The notes beneath the pieces were generated by a model. It saw only the letters and a program-made list of their open reading frames with translations. It was not told the origin of the DNA and ran no database searches. From Lingula anatina (taxonomy: Eukaryota > Animalia > Brachiopoda), in contig CM120648.1 of NCBI GenBank assembly GCA_051362555.1, positions 8,428,587 to 8,492,586 of the forward strand: a stretch of DNA of 64,000 nucleotides. The letters run 5' to 3'. Numbering within the stretch: position 1 is the first letter of the stretch; every line of letters starts with the position of its first letter. Of the stretch, positions 51,931-64,000 are shown piece after piece. The translations under genes were made by a program, and so were the position numbers.

Positions 51931-53608
51931 CCGACTATCAGCGTGTATTCACCTGTTGTAATATGACACCCTGTATCAAGGCAAGATCTAATTTTCATCG
52001 CCACTCACCCACTTGGGCACGGTTAGATAGATATACACGATTGTAATAAGAAAGAAAATGTAGCACGTGTCATTTAGTGTCAGTCGGCCAATGACCTCCC
52101 CCATGCAAAATTAAAAAGCAATGCTTTGTTGGAAAATGCTTCAACTGTACGCTATGCTGCTGTGCGTGCATTCCAATAGAATGCCGATGTAATTAGTAAT
52201 GGCACATGCTTATTTTCATTAGCAGTTCTTGAAATGAGAATCAGGATAAAAAATATTGGATACAGAAGAAAAATTATAAGTAACAAGCACTGACAAAATT
52301 ACTTCATATAGATATGCAATTTCAGCTCTTTATCTTCATTGCATTAAAAAAACCTCTAACGATTTCTGTCCAAAAAAGACACCACAATCTGTAATTTTTT
52401 TTCATTTTTTCAGACACACTTGTTCACTGATATAACACTAATGATTGGTAACATGAACTATCCTGCAAGGAAAAAAAAGCTGCTTTCCTAGGCAATAGCC
52501 GGCCAGACTTGGGAGTTGCTGTGCAGTAAATTACAAATCAATTATGCCAAATTGCCAAGCTATTTCCGTGCCTATTGTCTGTATCTCCTTGTACACAGCA
52601 GTAAGTGCGCCATATCACATTAGAATAGGCCAAGGTGATAGCTGGACTAACTTATAAATGAGAATATATAAATTCATATATATTACATTGGGAAGGTCTA
52701 AACGAAGGTTATATTTAAATAAGATATTTGGCGCTATCTTGATAATAATATTAAATAAAATAAAATTGAAAAATTGAAAAAAAAAGCCAACTGCGTGAAG
52801 GGATAACATTTTTGTTATAGTGCAAGGAAGTGTCACCTAGACTTTTACGTCATAACATCAGACATGAGCTTAGGTTTCAAAAAAAAAAAAAAAAAGAAAC
52901 TCTGAACATTTATCCTGGGACCCAACACCTAACCTTGATGAATCTCAGGAACCCTCAGATATTGAATTTAAAAAAATGCAGAATTCTCGATTTTCTGCAG
53001 AAAAAGCTCATGTCTTTATCATACATTCGGCTCTATGTCTGAAGTTTCTAAATGCGTCCGGCACAAGAGTAACATTATCCAGTGACTTCCAAAATTCAGG
53101 GACAGAGTAGGTATTTAATTATAACCTCATCTTCCCACGAAAACATTGTAATGGACCTCAAAAGAAACAACAACCTATCCAGCCAAATTATTTTCAATAT
53201 TGGCAACATTACGTGGGGAAAAATCAATATCTGCCATGACAGTAATGTTACATCACCTCACAATTTATGAGGGAAAACTCACATTTAGAGGCAAAATGAA
53301 AATGAAGGTATTGGCTTAAAGCCCAGCATCCTAGAAACAACCTCAGTTGGCAATATATATACACAATTAGGTTTTTGCCTCTGAACTTATCAGCAAAGGG
53401 GCATGTCTTAAAACATGCAATATGTGGCAAACATGTTATGTTGTGCAAAAGATTCATTCTATAGGACTTGTGAGGAATCAACCAGAAAAATATGTGGATA
53501 AATTATGCCAACTTTTATTCATTGATGCACTGACCTTGTGCAGTCTGTCATAATTTTCAATCCCATTCCCTTCCAAATCTGGCCGAATTGTGCTTAATTT
53601 TACTCTAA

Positions 53609-53778
53609 GGCCGCATTCAGAACAGTGGACTTACTAGTCTACGGGTCACATGTGGTGACCCACTAAAAAGCTTGACGTCTAATCGGCTAATAGACACTGA
53701 ATAGATGTCCTGTGGAGTATTCAATTAGGTCGGCCATATTTGACCCGATCTAGGTAGTCCACTGTTCTGATTGCGCTC
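53609..53778. mobile_element. Harbinger-type MITE, family B
   Basis: GGCCGCATTCAGAACAGTGGAC...GTCCACTGTTCTGATTGCG TIRs with TWA flanks. Confidence 0.75.
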
Positions 53779-55167
53779 TTAGATGCTTCCCACAGCAATC
53801 CCCCTATTTTATCCTACCCACAGATTATACATATACAAAGAAATATATTTCTCATGGTGCTGAGATAACTTTAATAAATCATTTACTTCATGAACTTGGG
53901 ATGAAAAAAATGGTATTAGCTTTAACTTATCTAAAAATGGCCTACAGACATATTATTGGTTTTGACTCTGATCTCAAAATTATATAAATTATGTGTTGAT
54001 GCGTTTCCTATTCTGTCTGCTTATTTGACTCCAGAGGTCTGCAAAATGTGCATTCTCGTAAGGAAAACCAAGGCTTCAAACAAACCCAAGACCAATACAT
54101 AACACTACGTCAACTAATTTGACATTAAGTGAGGCTTGAATGAGAAATTTGCTACTGTATAATGAAAATTAATAACTCGACAAGAAATTGGCTGATAATC
54201 TAACTCCACACCACAACAAGCAATGCTCTGATACCATACAAAATAGGGAGACAGTATACAAGCAGACAGAATAGGTTTGTGGTGTATCTGGCTACAGATC
54301 TTTGAAGTCTTTATATATAAGAGATTATATTGCAGTCTGTGTCATAATCTTTTCATCTTATTGGCCATTCGACCACCAGTTACATAAAAACTACTGGTCC
54401 GAATCAGAATTCACTGGTCCAAATAAAGATTTCAATAATACTGGTCAGTTTCCCCTATTGCATAAATATTAATAAGACCTTGATTTTGCCAAAGAAAAAA
54501 GGTACAAATAACTTCCAGCATTCATCAATGGCAACAGACAGGGACCTGTAGCAAGTACAGAAGCACCACTGGGTGACACAGAGTAGCATATATCCTTATT
54601 AACTGCAGTAGAGGAGACTGCACAATCGCATTCTCCCAAAACACAATCACTCATTGTAGCTAAGTCCATACAAAACTAAGGATTTCTAAAATTAAACCAT
54701 GCATCATAAATAACGTAAAGGTATTTCATGTGGATCATTATTTTTTGTAATCAAAGCATATAAGCTTATTGATTATCATCATACACTTTAATTGAAAATC
54801 AAATGAAACATAAAGAATATAAAATATAACAACATAATTTATTTGTTCACTTATGCATTTAAATAAGTCATATATCTTACCATGGTTGGGGTTGCTATTC
54901 AGTATTGGCAGTTCCTCAATGGATAATCCTACATCTGATTCACAGCATTGAGTGTTTGCAGTATGTGTTAATTATTGAATTATATTTCGTCTTTCTTTTA
55001 AGTCAAAATAAACTGCACAGGACAGGCTGACCTGGCCTATGGACCAAGTATTAAAAACACCGAATACATTGGGCCAGCTCATGCAGACAAATGCTTTCAT
55101 GCAACTGAAATACATTCAGTTTATCGAGATAAACACGGATTAAATTAAATAAGAGTCTGGTAATGTT

Positions 55168-57076
55168 TCAAGTCAACGTGTCCTCACTTCGTATATATTC
55201 CCCAATGTCAGCTTGGTGGAATGTGACTACTGTCATTGGGTCCACCCGTCTGCAGTCTTCTGTCGACTTGGCAGCTACTCCAAAACCCTGAAATTCAAAG
55301 ACAGTGCATTTTTTAGTTATCCATGTTGCTCAATAATCCAGAGATCAAATCTCAAAATAATAAACTGGGTGCAGGATAAAAACTTGTCATTGATTTAAGT
55401 AGTTAATGTGTGTGCATGCGCCATCTTTTTAAAAAGATTAACAATTTACAAAATATACTATTACACATTACAATCAGTGAAAGAACCTGGCATATTTTTG
55501 TCAATTTACTACAGTAACTGTGTTTACTAAGAAAAGTTTGATTTTGTTTTAAAATCACAGCTTTTCTACAAATTAAAAACAAATTAATAAGTACTATCAA
55601 TAAAACAGATTCCAGTTCCTAAAGTGGCCACAAGATGGAGCCAGGAGTTCAGTTCTAAAAGTGGCCACAAGACGGAGCCAGTGCCCACTCACCAGTGGTA
55701 GGTCACTCATGGAGTACACTATGACCCCCTGGTACTGGGGGGTGTTTTCTGTGATCCTTCCAAGACCAGACTTCATCACATGGTGTCCATAGAGGAACTG
55801 CTGTTCTGCACTGGGTTTCACCCAGATTTTATACTGAATGAAAACAATTATAAAAATGAACATACTAGTATGGTGATATACAACAGAAGGAGCAAAATGA
55901 AGAGTCAGTTTGTAACTGTGATACAAAGAATCTCGGTGAACACAATAAAACATTAAAAGGAATATGAAACAACCACAAATCTCACACAAATGCTTTGTAG
56001 GGCCTTTGTAGGATTTAATATATATATTTTAATTAATTAATTTTTTTGGGGGGGGGTCAACTTGTATATGGTGTCTTCCTCTTACCTTTGCATATGGTGC
56101 CAGAAAATCCAGAGCAGTAATGTGCAAACGAAACTTTCCTGACTTGGTAAATTTTCCAAAACAAGTACCAAAGCTGACCAAATTTTCTCTGGAAATGTTT
56201 GCTGCCTTCTTCATCGTCTCTTCCCTAAAACAAGTTATGAATAATGAACAAGTAATTTTATAAAAAGCATCATGATATATATGTTCAAAATAATTGATGC
56301 AAATATAAAAACATAAAATACAGTTACAACACCTCTCAGAGAGGATAAAATCATTGATCAGGTTTTGCAATTCTGTAGCACATTCAGTGATGATTGAAAA
56401 GTTGCTTTTAAATACATCTGTTAGAGAATAACTGCTGTATGGATATGAATCAGTTATAAGATGCTTGTAGCTAATATAATGTATGTAAGGACTTATATTT
56501 ATTTGTTTATTCACTGGAGGGTGAGAGGCTAGGAGAATAAAATCAATATGGAAAGAGCTAGGAAGCACAAAACAGATTCATGGAGCTTGCTTGAATTCTG
56601 TGTGTTCAGCAGACTTACATAACATAATAAACCCTATCCTTGTGTAGTCTGAAGCAATAGGTACCATCTGGTCTGTCTATCAACAACTTGATGTTTTCAC
56701 CAATGCTAAAAAAAAATAAAATAAAATATAAATAACCCTGTTGATTAAAAATTTATTTAGTAATAATGAAAAAACGCTGTTATTACAAGCACGTCGGTAC
56801 TAACATAAATATATGACAATTAACTGATGATATGAGGGCCAGGGTGTGAGGCATTAAGTAACTTAGTGAGGCCCTAAAAAGTAAATTGAAGTAGCCTAGT
56901 AGGCATACTAACTTGTACGCTGAATGATTTTAAATCAAATACAAGTTGGGCATATCTATCTAGACAAGATATATCAAGATATTCCTTATAAACAACTGAC
57001 GTATATAACTATACACTTACTACTTAGAAAGCTTTTCGAAAAATGTTTTGGTCTCTTCTTCAGTTAGTGGTCGCAT
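55168..57076 (-). CDS. NIP7: 60S ribosome subunit biogenesis protein NIP7 (PUA domain), 180 aa
   Basis: Exons 57021-57076 ([19 protein letters not shown]), 56619-56705 ([28 protein letters not shown]), 56086-56224 ([28 protein letters not shown]), 55693-55833 ([16 protein letters not shown]...), 55168-55287 (GFGVAAKST...[16 protein letters not shown]-stop); 543 nt in total. Confidence 0.97.
55613..55681. repeat. Two-copy 37-bp tandem repeat in NIP7 intron 4
   Basis: cagttc.aaagtggccacaaga.ggagccag occurs twice. Confidence 0.85.
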
Positions 57077-57225
57077 GTTCTTTTTAGTCAACGTGCCGTA
57101 ACAACATCAATCCTTGTGTAGCACCTTCGGAAGCACATGTGTAAATTTACATCTCGCGAGACTTTGTGTGACTTCCGGGATTGTTGCCATGTGACCGCGT
57201 ACACATTGTTTACAAATGGCAGCAG
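57077..57225. promoter_or_regulatory. Compact bidirectional housekeeping promoter (NIP7 / plus-strand gene)
   Basis: TCTCGCGAGA palindrome 57152-57161 (BANP/M22-type), ETS-type CGGAAG near 57128 and ACTTCCGG 57171-57178, YY1-type AAATGGC near 57214. Confidence 0.65.
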
Positions 57226-57436
57226 TTTCACTGTGTACGCTGTACCTTTAACTGCCATTTGGAATAACGATTTCGTTATTGCTTTGGTTTATTGAACAAC
57301 AGCTAAACACGTCTCTGGAGATGTAGAGTAAGTATTATTGAAGTTCTTAAAGGCAACAGAGGATATGGCATTGTTGAAAACACTTGAATTGTGACGTTTT
57401 GGTGTCGAGCCCTCTGACGTGACCTTTGTGAGTTAG

Positions 57437-60400
57437 ATGACCACAGCACGGCAAGTGTCAGTTGATATTGTTATTGTTAAATTGACGAAGCAGGGTAAAA
57501 TTTATATATATCAGGTTGTAATTATCGAAGCACCGTTTTTAATTTTATTATTATTATTGCAGAACATGAAGATAAGTACACGCGTACATAGTCAAAATTA
57601 CCCTGTAATTATAATTTTAAGTACTGGGTATAACGGTAGCTGCAGGTTTACATATGTACATGTATCTATAAAAAATCCATTTGTTGGAAGGAATAATTTA
57701 ATTAGTATTAGAATGGGATTTACATACGTATATATACCCCAGTACATTACATACGTATACTGTATATAATGAGAATTGGAATGTAAGCTAACATGATTTC
57801 ATTCATATTATTCCAGTGGAGGTGGGCGAGAAACTGCAAGAGCTGACATTGAACCAGAAATGATGCTGGTCCAAAGCATCCAGTCACCAAAAACTCCTCT
57901 AGCCAATTTTGTTATTGGAGGTAGCACTAGCAATGTGCTACATGGCAAGACAGACCCCAGTGAATTAGTGGACTATAGTAGGGCAAAGACAGCTGGGAGC
58001 AGGGGAAGCAGCACCCCTGGAAGTGCCAAGCTCCTTTTAAAGATCAGCCATAGTCAGGGAAACATCAGTTCACCCCTACACCCTGAGAACCATAATGAGT
58101 TTGGTGCACTGTCGTCAAACACCCTGCAAGTCACAACACGGACTGCAGCATTACAACCTGGAAATCTTGGTGAATTAAGTTCACAGAGTGCATCTGCCCT
58201 GCATCTCACAGCAGGTAATTCTGTGCTTGGACATGCAGGTATCACAGGGGCTGCTACGCTGCAGCATACAACTTCCTATGATCCCAGGTTGGGAGCAACA
58301 GATGTGTTACCTAGCATTAACTCCTGTCGTGTCGGCTCAGGGAAATCTGTTTCTTCTGTACACAGCATACGTCTGGATGCAGCAGACATACTGAGATCTG
58401 CTGGGTGCTCTAGTGGGACACCAACCATGAGGGTCCCCAGCGCCACCCTAAGACTCCAGTCTCTATTGTGCAATGCTCAGACTAAAACTAGGCCAGTATC
58501 CAGTCATTTCTCCATAACACATGTTGATGTCCCCAAAGCATCAAACCTGTTACGGAAACTCAGGGTTGATAGTGATACTGACAGCACCCTGGGTACAGGG
58601 GGATACTTACAGGATGAAATACAAGTGGCAAAGACTGTGCTGCAGAGGGAGGACTCAGGGTACAGTGAGCCCCTCTCTAATAGATCTGCTGACACTGAGG
58701 AAAATGTATCCAGGACTGGTGAGTTTTTAAAAAAAATTTTTATTTCATAACACTTTTGCTTCCTTAGACAACATTCCCAGTAAAAAGTGTTTCCCCTTAT
58801 GGCTAAAAAGTTTGCCCAAACGTATATTCTTGCATTTTCTGAAGGCTTGTTTGACTCCATGCAGTGCTGACAACTAAATAAAATCTCCTTTTAATCATTT
58901 TCAGTTGAACTCCATTGACATTGGCCAAGGTATTCAAAGTTAGTCAAGACTTTTAAATACCATAAATTTGTTTCAAATTGTCTGTTAAAAATAATACAAC
59001 TCACAACTGTCAATTTTTGAACCTTCAGGATCTCGCAAGTCAAGACCCAAGTCTAGGAGGAAGAAAAGGAGAGAAAAAAGTTCCAGGGTGCGCCAAGGTC
59101 TAAAAGTGATAGGCAACAAAGCTCCCACGAAGCTCAACCAGATCAAGTTTTCACCTCGAAACTCTGAGACAATAAATACCAATAACAACAGGGCAGTACC
59201 CAGTCCCAGGGGCCCTAAAAGGGAAAACACAATGAACTTCCAAGTGTACTGCAAGCCTATACAGACACTGCCCCCTTCATACAGGCCCCCTAAGCCTGAG
59301 AAGCCTGCTGTGATCAGGCAGTCTGATATAAAGAGTCAGAATCTCTTAACTCTTGGTCATGCTAATACCGTATATACGTCTACAGGCGGTTCCAGTACTC
59401 TGAGCTTTAGTTTAAGTAAGAGCTGGGGCTCTATGCAGTCTGGCAACACACCAGCAGGCTCACCAAGGAGGAGTGTTAATGAGAACCAGCTGAACAAAGT
59501 GGTGAAAATTTACCTGTCTGAGAAACAGAGTGAGAATATTGTTGAGGCTGGGGGTGTGGTTCCCTGTGCCCCGCCTGCTTCTCCAACTCCAGGTAAGTTG
59601 AATATAAACATGTTGTGGAGTGGCTGTTTCATATTGATGGCAATGACTCAATTTTTTCAATGAAAAAATTGAGTCATGACCATTTGTCTTTATTTCGTTA
59701 TTCTATTTTAAATTTATTTAAAAAAAAACACCATTACTAAAATGATTTATTCCTCTGATTTATCATTATAACCTGTTATTTGATTTCATTTCACAATAAT
59801 AATTTTTTTATTATGAGTACTTTTGATACATAATGATATCTTTTCTTAAAATTTTGTTTAGTCCCAATTGAATCAATATTACCAAGCACAAGTTCTGTCA
59901 CCCCCTATACTTGAAACTTCATTTCTTTCTTTTCCCATATATATTCACATTGGTAGGTATATGTATCTGACCATTTATAATTTTTATTTATTCATTTTTG
60001 CCTTTTGAATCTTTTTCAGAACATCTCTTCACTCACAAGTATGTACCTAGCATGAGTGACAATGTTGCACAGAGAGCGATGAAAGGACGTCTGGAAGTTT
60101 TAGAGAAAAAACAAAAGAAAAAAGAGCTCCAGAAAGAAGTTGAGAAAGACAAAATGATGAAACAACTCCAGAAGGAACAAGAAAAAGAAAAAAGGAAGAA
60201 ACAGAGACAGGAGGTAGTGTTTTAACATTCTTATATTTTAAAAAATATTTTTTAATATTTGTATAATTGTGCACAGACCCAAGGCCACAAATATTAACAA
60301 TCTTTGAGTTCAAAAATTTCAAGTATTTGTCTATCATTTAATTTCAACAAATTCGATTGAATGATTGATAGTTCATTCATCTCCATGATAATGTGAATAA

Positions 60401-60696
60401 AATTGGTCCATGTAAAAAAAGATGAATAATAACCAATGTATTTTAATGATTTTAAAGCTTAAAAATTTTATACTAATTTTGTCTCTTTTTAGATATATGC
60501 ATTGAACAAAGTGATGACCAATTTGGAGTTCAGAAACTTCCTAGCTTTCTGCAAATTAAAGGGAATCAATATTGAGACAGAGGATACGGATTCGGAGAAA
60601 AAACATTCTGGCAAACGTCGGAAGAAATCAGCCAAAAAATCAAAATCCTCAGACCGGGGAACTGATCTGCCCCTGTCTTCACTTGTGGATGGCTAG
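57437..60696 (+). CDS. Uncharacterised ~606-625 aa Ser/Pro/Lys-rich protein with coiled coil and SVBP (CCDC23)-like helix near the C-terminus
   Basis: Exons: 57437-57450 (tentative, GC donor), 57817-58718 (ATG at 57860), 59029-59592, 60020-60213, 60493-60696 (TAG); phases are consistent. The junction reads KRKKQRQE|IYALNKVMTNLEFRNFLAFCK, resembling human SVBP [27 protein letters not shown] as recalled from memory. Confidence 0.8.
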
Positions 60697-62121
60697 AGAA
60701 ACAGACCAAGCTCAACAGGTGCTACCACTTTAAAAATCCACCCCACCCTCCACACATGTACAAAATACTACATTGTCAGTGAGTGTTCACACACCATGCA
60801 TTTATACACATGCATCCAAACATACACATACATGTACACAAAAGCACATACATGGCCACATGCTCAAGTTTATATGTTATATGTTGCATATGTGCCGGCA
60901 TATATATTGACTGATAAATTGGGGAAACTTAGTACATAAATAATAACAATAATTATGGTCTGTGGATTTTGTTTTTATGTTGAAATTGTATACGTCTGTG
61001 ATAACCAGTAATTAATGGTAATTAATGCAGCAATATACTTTCCATTGTATAGTAATTTACCATGTTTTATAAAGGTGTGTTAATAGTTTCCTCTGTGATG
61101 GTAATCCAGACTTCCACACAATGACAACTTTTATCTGTTATTATATAGATAAAGTGCCAAAATATTTAGAATGGGTGGAAACATTGTTTAGTAACGTATA
61201 TATTAGTATCATGAAGTCATGCAGATTTGTTTTTATTGTAAAAAGATATTTTCCAATAATTAAACATGCACACACACACACACACACACATAGAGGAAAT
61301 GTAGACCATTGGAAGGCACTTTAAAAATGTCTTCCAAGAAATTAAAGGTAGGCATAGTGTGATATCATGACAGGAACAAGACAATAATGGTTTACTTCTT
61401 CTTCATCGTGGCAAAAGTTGCAGAATAGGTATGTACTTTTAGCTGCTTCCTTAATGGTCTTTCAAGGATATGTTTATCAGTAGATTTTTTATTTTGCTAA
61501 TGGCCTGATTATATATATTGTGACACATTTGAAATTTATTTCTAAATCTAAATGAACTGTTTTGTTGTGAATGTTTTGATTATCATGTAGATGCTCAAAT
61601 GATGAAATTTTAAGTCTAAAATTGTCTTGATTCTAACTATGTTGGTCTAAAGAGAATGTCAAAAATCATGTACATGTTGCAGTAGTTACATTCCCTGTTT
61701 TTTTTTTCATTATTCTATAAAGTTAAATTTGATTTGATAATCATGATTTAGAGTTGAAATACCTTACAATTTTACCTGCAAGTCTTACTTGTAAGTTATT
61801 CCATGTACCAGTCATTGAATGTGTTTCAAGTGATAAAATAATTTCAATATAAACATGATCTGTTGATATGTAATAATATATGTTATTTTGCTTATTATAC
61901 CATTAACATTTACTAGATGATTTTAGCCAATATTTATGTAATTATATTGCAATACAAAATATATGATTAGCATTTTTATATACCCATTTATGTTAGAAGA
62001 CAACTCTTTTAGATTTATACCTAATATATATTTATATGATATTTTTGTGACTTATGTAAATCCTAATCAGACCAAACATTGCATAATACAGCTATTACTA
62101 ACGGTGTCTTGATGTAAGTGC

Positions 62122-62127
62122 AATAAA
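62122..62127 (+). terminator. Candidate poly(A) signal of the SVBP-like gene
   Basis: AATAAA followed about 20 nt later by ttttgaagtgtgtg, after a long U-rich 3' UTR-like region. Confidence 0.35.
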
Positions 62128-64000
62128 TCAATAATGATACATACTTTTGAAGTGTGTGAATGACTTTATTAAAAAAAAACAGATGAAGAATTATTTATTG
62201 TCAAGGAACAATTTCATGCTTGGCTGTAACATTGATTGCGTAATGAACATAAAAACCGAATTGACCTCGACATCTATAATAAGACACGAATGTTCCTTGG
62301 TGCAAAAAATCTTGATCAAAACCAATTAAGTAATTTAAACAAATTAAATGAAATCGCTATATAAAACCCATAATCTTTTACCTAGGACCCTCGTCCACCC
62401 CCATACACTTTGTGTCATTTATGAGCGCAGGGAAGCAGTGGGTAAGGGGGGGGGGGGGGGGGGGGGGAGGCTAAGGGACCCTCTCAAAATGGCGTTACTT
62501 TTTTTTATTGTTTTACAATCTGCAAAATTTGATTCCTTTCGTCTGTCTACAAGTAGATCGGTAAGGGGCCGTCCATTTTTATCATCATTTGCCCAGTGTT
62601 TCCAGAACCCCCCTCCCCCAGCCCACCCCTTTCAGAGAGAACTAGGCAAAAAGCTTAAAATGATAACCTTTGTGAAATGATGATAAAAATGGATGAGTCC
62701 TAAATTATTCAGTTAAATTGTTTTCGCTCCAGTTAATCTTACCAAGAATTGTCTCAGTGTTGGTTTTACATTTTGCGATTGTACTCTTGCAAAAAAAAAA
62801 AAAAAAAAAAAAAAAAACAGGAAGTCTTTTCACATTTTTATTAAATATCACTTTGCTACTATTACAAAGAATTCTAATCTGCACGTTTTACAGTATAACA
62901 GTTTGGGAAATTTAATAGGACAAACAACTTTAACATTAAACGCAAAAAAAAAAAATCCTCCTTGTGTAAAGAATTTTACAATTGGTTCTTTTCCATTTCT
63001 TTCATTTCTAAAAAATACATGCATAACAAAATTTGGTTTGTATACACGATTTGTTTAAGAGGTACCGAGTGCTAGAATGAAGTCTAATATATAAAAATCC
63101 GTTGTGCGTGTTATTCAGCAATAAAGATATACTATACACATTTAATTGAAAAGACACAAAGGTGATATTTTTAATGTCTTCATGCTCTGCAAAGCTACAG
63201 TGTACGTATATTTCCCAATTCAGACCGTACGAGAAACTTCAAATAAAAATACCTGACGACGACTTTTCCTTCTGAAATACACAGTAAGGCTAGGCAGTCA
63301 AAACGTCAGACATTCATAACTAAACCATACCCAGTAGTTAGATACGGTGTAAAACCTCAAATCCAGGTACTAAGATTCATAAGTAACCAGAAATAGCTTT
63401 TTCTATAGGTAATTTTGATTGTGCCCGAAAATCCAGGATATGTTTCCTTTAATGTAAGTTTGTAAAAACCGCCTAGATACCAGGCAAAAAGTTTACTCAT
63501 TCCCCTCCCTGTCCATTTAAGTAAATCCTGGAATATGATCCGATACTAGAGACATTCGGGGAGGGGGGGGGGGGGGTCAGTTTTCAGAAAAAGAACCCCC
63601 CTTTGAAATTGCTGGCTATGGGCCTGGTCTCTACAGCTTCTTACATATTCTAAGTACAAATGCCGTAATCCATACACTCCTGTCTTTTCCCCAGCTTATA
63701 TCAAATCATAAACACAATACATGTATTACTGAATGAATATGCACTGGTACTCGAGTCAGTGCTATACTTATAGACACATAGTCTGTAAAATAATTGACAG
63801 CTGAAATATCTGTCAAAACATCAGTGTCCCATTCTCAAAGAATTAGTCCATAAAATCTTATTCGCCATAGTAGTTAGTGCTGGAGTAGTTAGTACTGACT
63901 GTTTGTAGAAACTATCCCAAATGTATAACCACAGCCCAGCGTAAATTTAACCCGACTTCGTTACGTTTCGGGGCGAGAACGTGTGCACTGAAGCACGTCC

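Noticed and set aside
54469-54669. 66-aa Cys-containing ORF downstream of NIP7
   Set aside because: No family motif or splice support; probably UTR or intergenic chance ORF.
56225-56618. Possible intronic snoRNA in NIP7 intron 2
   Set aside because: I could not find a convincing sense-strand C/D or H/ACA box arrangement by eye.
58054-59254. Minus-strand and alternative-frame ORFs over the plus-strand gene
   Set aside because: Shadows of the real exons 57817-58718 and 59029-59592.
63253-63271. 19-nt minus-strand segment flanked by tttcag and gtattt (micro-exon-like)
   Set aside because: No partner exons or reading frame can be established within the window.

Overview
AT-rich, intron-containing animal genomic DNA (an invertebrate, probably a lophotrochozoan such as a mollusc; this is inferred from composition and repeat types). 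I assembled four multi-exon genes by hand from splice sites and codon phase. (1) Minus strand 144-12934: a ~1270-aa type I membrane protein with a signal peptide, one atypical basic C-type lectin-like domain, 17 intact calcium-binding EGF exons (plus 3 dead EGF pseudo-exons), a Thr/Ser mucin stalk, a TM helix and an FENPTY tail, i.e. a thrombomodulin/CD93-like layout. (2) Minus strand 16530-26379: an anoctamin/TMEM16 (ANO7-like) gene with 19 core exons, candidate alternative upstream coding exons to 36538 and a putative non-coding first exon near 51.6-51.9 kb. (3) Minus strand 55168-57076: NIP7, 180 aa, 5 exons. (4) Plus strand ~57437-60696, head-to-head with NIP7: a ~610-625-aa, mostly low-complexity protein with an SVBP (small vasohibin-binding protein/CCDC23)-like helix near its C-terminus. 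Introns and intergenic DNA contain many MITEs (PIF/Harbinger-, MULE-, hAT- and Kolobok-like), one 5'-truncated LINE and microsatellites. No rRNA, tRNA or CRISPR features were recognised.
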